Under the pieces are notes generated by a model. That model was not told the origin of the DNA, did not search any database, and saw only the letters and a list, made by a program, of their open reading frames with translations. This document shows, in pieces, positions 62,861 to 64,000 of a DNA stretch of 64,000 nucleotides. Source of the stretch: Andalucia godoyi And28 (Eukaryota; Protista; Jakobida); assembly GCA_009859145.1 (NCBI GenBank), contig VRVR01000004.1:108677-172676 (forward strand), given 5' to 3'. The position numbers and the translations under genes were made by a program. Every line of letters begins with the position of its first letter. Position 1 is the stretch's first letter.

Positions 62861-64000
62861 TCAACTTCTCCATTCAAAAATGACGACTCGGCTGTCTCCG
62901 AAACTTGCTGCCAGGCGTTCGCCACTTGGACTGAAGCACACATCAAACGCCGGAGAATCGCTGGAAAATGACTTGACAATCTTCTGGTCTCTAACGGACC
63001 ACACGAAAATGCGGCCATCTGCAGAAGCACTCGCAAAGTACGTGCCATCCGGACTAAAAGCAGCAGCAGAAATCCCCTCCTTGTGTTCCCTAAGTTGCCC
63101 GACGCAGAGTCCCGACGTGATGTCCCATAGCCTGAGTTGGCCATCACTGGAACCACTGAGAAGGAGGTTTGGTTGCCTTGGAGACCATCGGATGACAAAC
63201 ACAGCATCCGTGTGGCCAGTCAAATTGTACACCGGCGACAAAGCCGATGGATTTGCAACATTCCAGATCTTGATTGTTCTGTCATCGGAACACGAAGCCA
63301 GCAGCTCTCCCGACGAGGAAAATCGCACCGAGTTCACATCGTGCTCATGTCCTTCAAATACACGGACTGGCAATCCTGGTGTGCCCATCTCCAGGTCAAA
63401 CACACGCACGAGCCGATCCACACAGGATGTCGCAAACATGGTGTTGTCTCTCCAATCAATGTCTAGAACTGGCAAACCATGTGGATACTGTCGATACACG
63501 GAATTTGTGGCAGGGTTCCAAACCAACGCCGTCTTGTCTTTTGCAACGGAAGCGACATATACACCAGATCGATTCCATTTTGCATTGAAAACACAACCTC
63601 TATGACCATTGAACTGCTGCACAAGTTGTCCGTCAGCAGATCTCCAAATTCGCAACACACCATCCATGGAGCCCGTCAGCAACAGCTGTCCATCCGGAGA
63701 AAATTCGAGCGCTGTGACGTCCTTGGTGTCGTGAGGAAGGACGATTGATCGATCCGGGTTGAAGGACCAAAGACGTGCTGTGCAGTCCCCCGAGCCCGAC
63801 GCAAGCATATTCGCGACAGGGTTCCATCGAACAATAGGTACTTCTCCTTGGTGTCCTCTAAGAGTCGTAACCTCGGAATCCGCAAACAGGGTAGATGGGA
63901 TGCCATTTTGCTGTGATTGAAATGCCGAAGCCAAAGATGCGACAGCAGGAGTACCTGGAGCCGAGGCAGTCACATGACCACTTAGATCTCCATTCAAGTG
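62861..64000 (-). CDS. TBL1: TBL1/TBL1XR1-like WD40 protein (5' part lies beyond the window)
   Basis: VTTLRGH..EV...WNP...LASGSGDCTARLW, KDVTALEFS.DG..L.TGS.DG, LDIDW, F.GH..DVN.V.FS.SG.LLASCSDD. Frame is open to the window edge. Confidence 0.85.
   Translation of the reverse strand, partial: HLNGDLSGHVTASAPGTPAVASLASAFQSQQNGIPSTLFADSEVTTLRGHQGEVPIVRWNPVANMLASGSGDCTARLWSFNPDRSIVLPHDTKDVTALEFSPDGQLLLTGSMDGVLRIWRSADGQLVQQFNGHRGCVFNAKWNRSGVYVASVAKDKTALVWNPATNSVYRQYPHGLPVLDIDWRDNTMFATSCVDRLVRVFDLEMGTPGLPVRVFEGHEHDVNSVRFSSSGELLASCSDDRTIKIWNVANPSALSPVYNLTGHTDAVFVIRWSPRQPNLLLSGSSDGQLRLWDITSGLCVGQLREHKEGISAAAFSPDGTYFASASADGRIFVWSVRDQKIVKSFSSDSPAFDVCFSPSGERLAASFGDSRVVIFEWRS

Overview
Gene-dense eukaryotic (protist) nuclear DNA. 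Coding regions are about 50% GC. Short AT-rich spacers are full of microsatellites, and there are a few short spliceosomal introns (GTATG/GTACG...CTAAY/CTGAY...AG, about 105-180 nt). About 30 protein genes are recognisable, including NMNAT, C45 peptidase, CENP-O, SAE1, a claudin-like protein, TEX264-like, DUF218, Kelch, RCC1-BTB, ATG1, ARD, ANK-TPR, TTC16, PRP18, F-box, Zwint/Sos7, thioredoxin, a Cys-less pentameric ligand-gated channel, PIG-Y, centriolin-like, SRP68, a bacterial-type AAA ATPase and TBL1. The first gene encodes a GspG pseudopilin of the mitochondrial type II secretion-derived system, which points to a jakobid-like or related host (inference; species not determinable here). The main hidden signal is that the intergenic DNA holds about 10 relics of RNA-guided Fanzor (TnpB-derived) elements from several families. 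These are one long Fanzor2 pseudogene, one Fanzor1 3' fragment next to a Ginger-like integrase relic, three copies of a non-autonomous IS607/Fanzor2 element, and further right-end cassettes. The short Fanzor2-type cassettes retain hairpin-rich, omegaRNA-like 3' ends that stop at a shared (T/C)AGGC(G) terminus, each followed by a different flank (a candidate guide). The three family-1 copies start at CCG. No intact Fanzor ORF lies in the window. All family assignments are by visual motif recognition, not database search.
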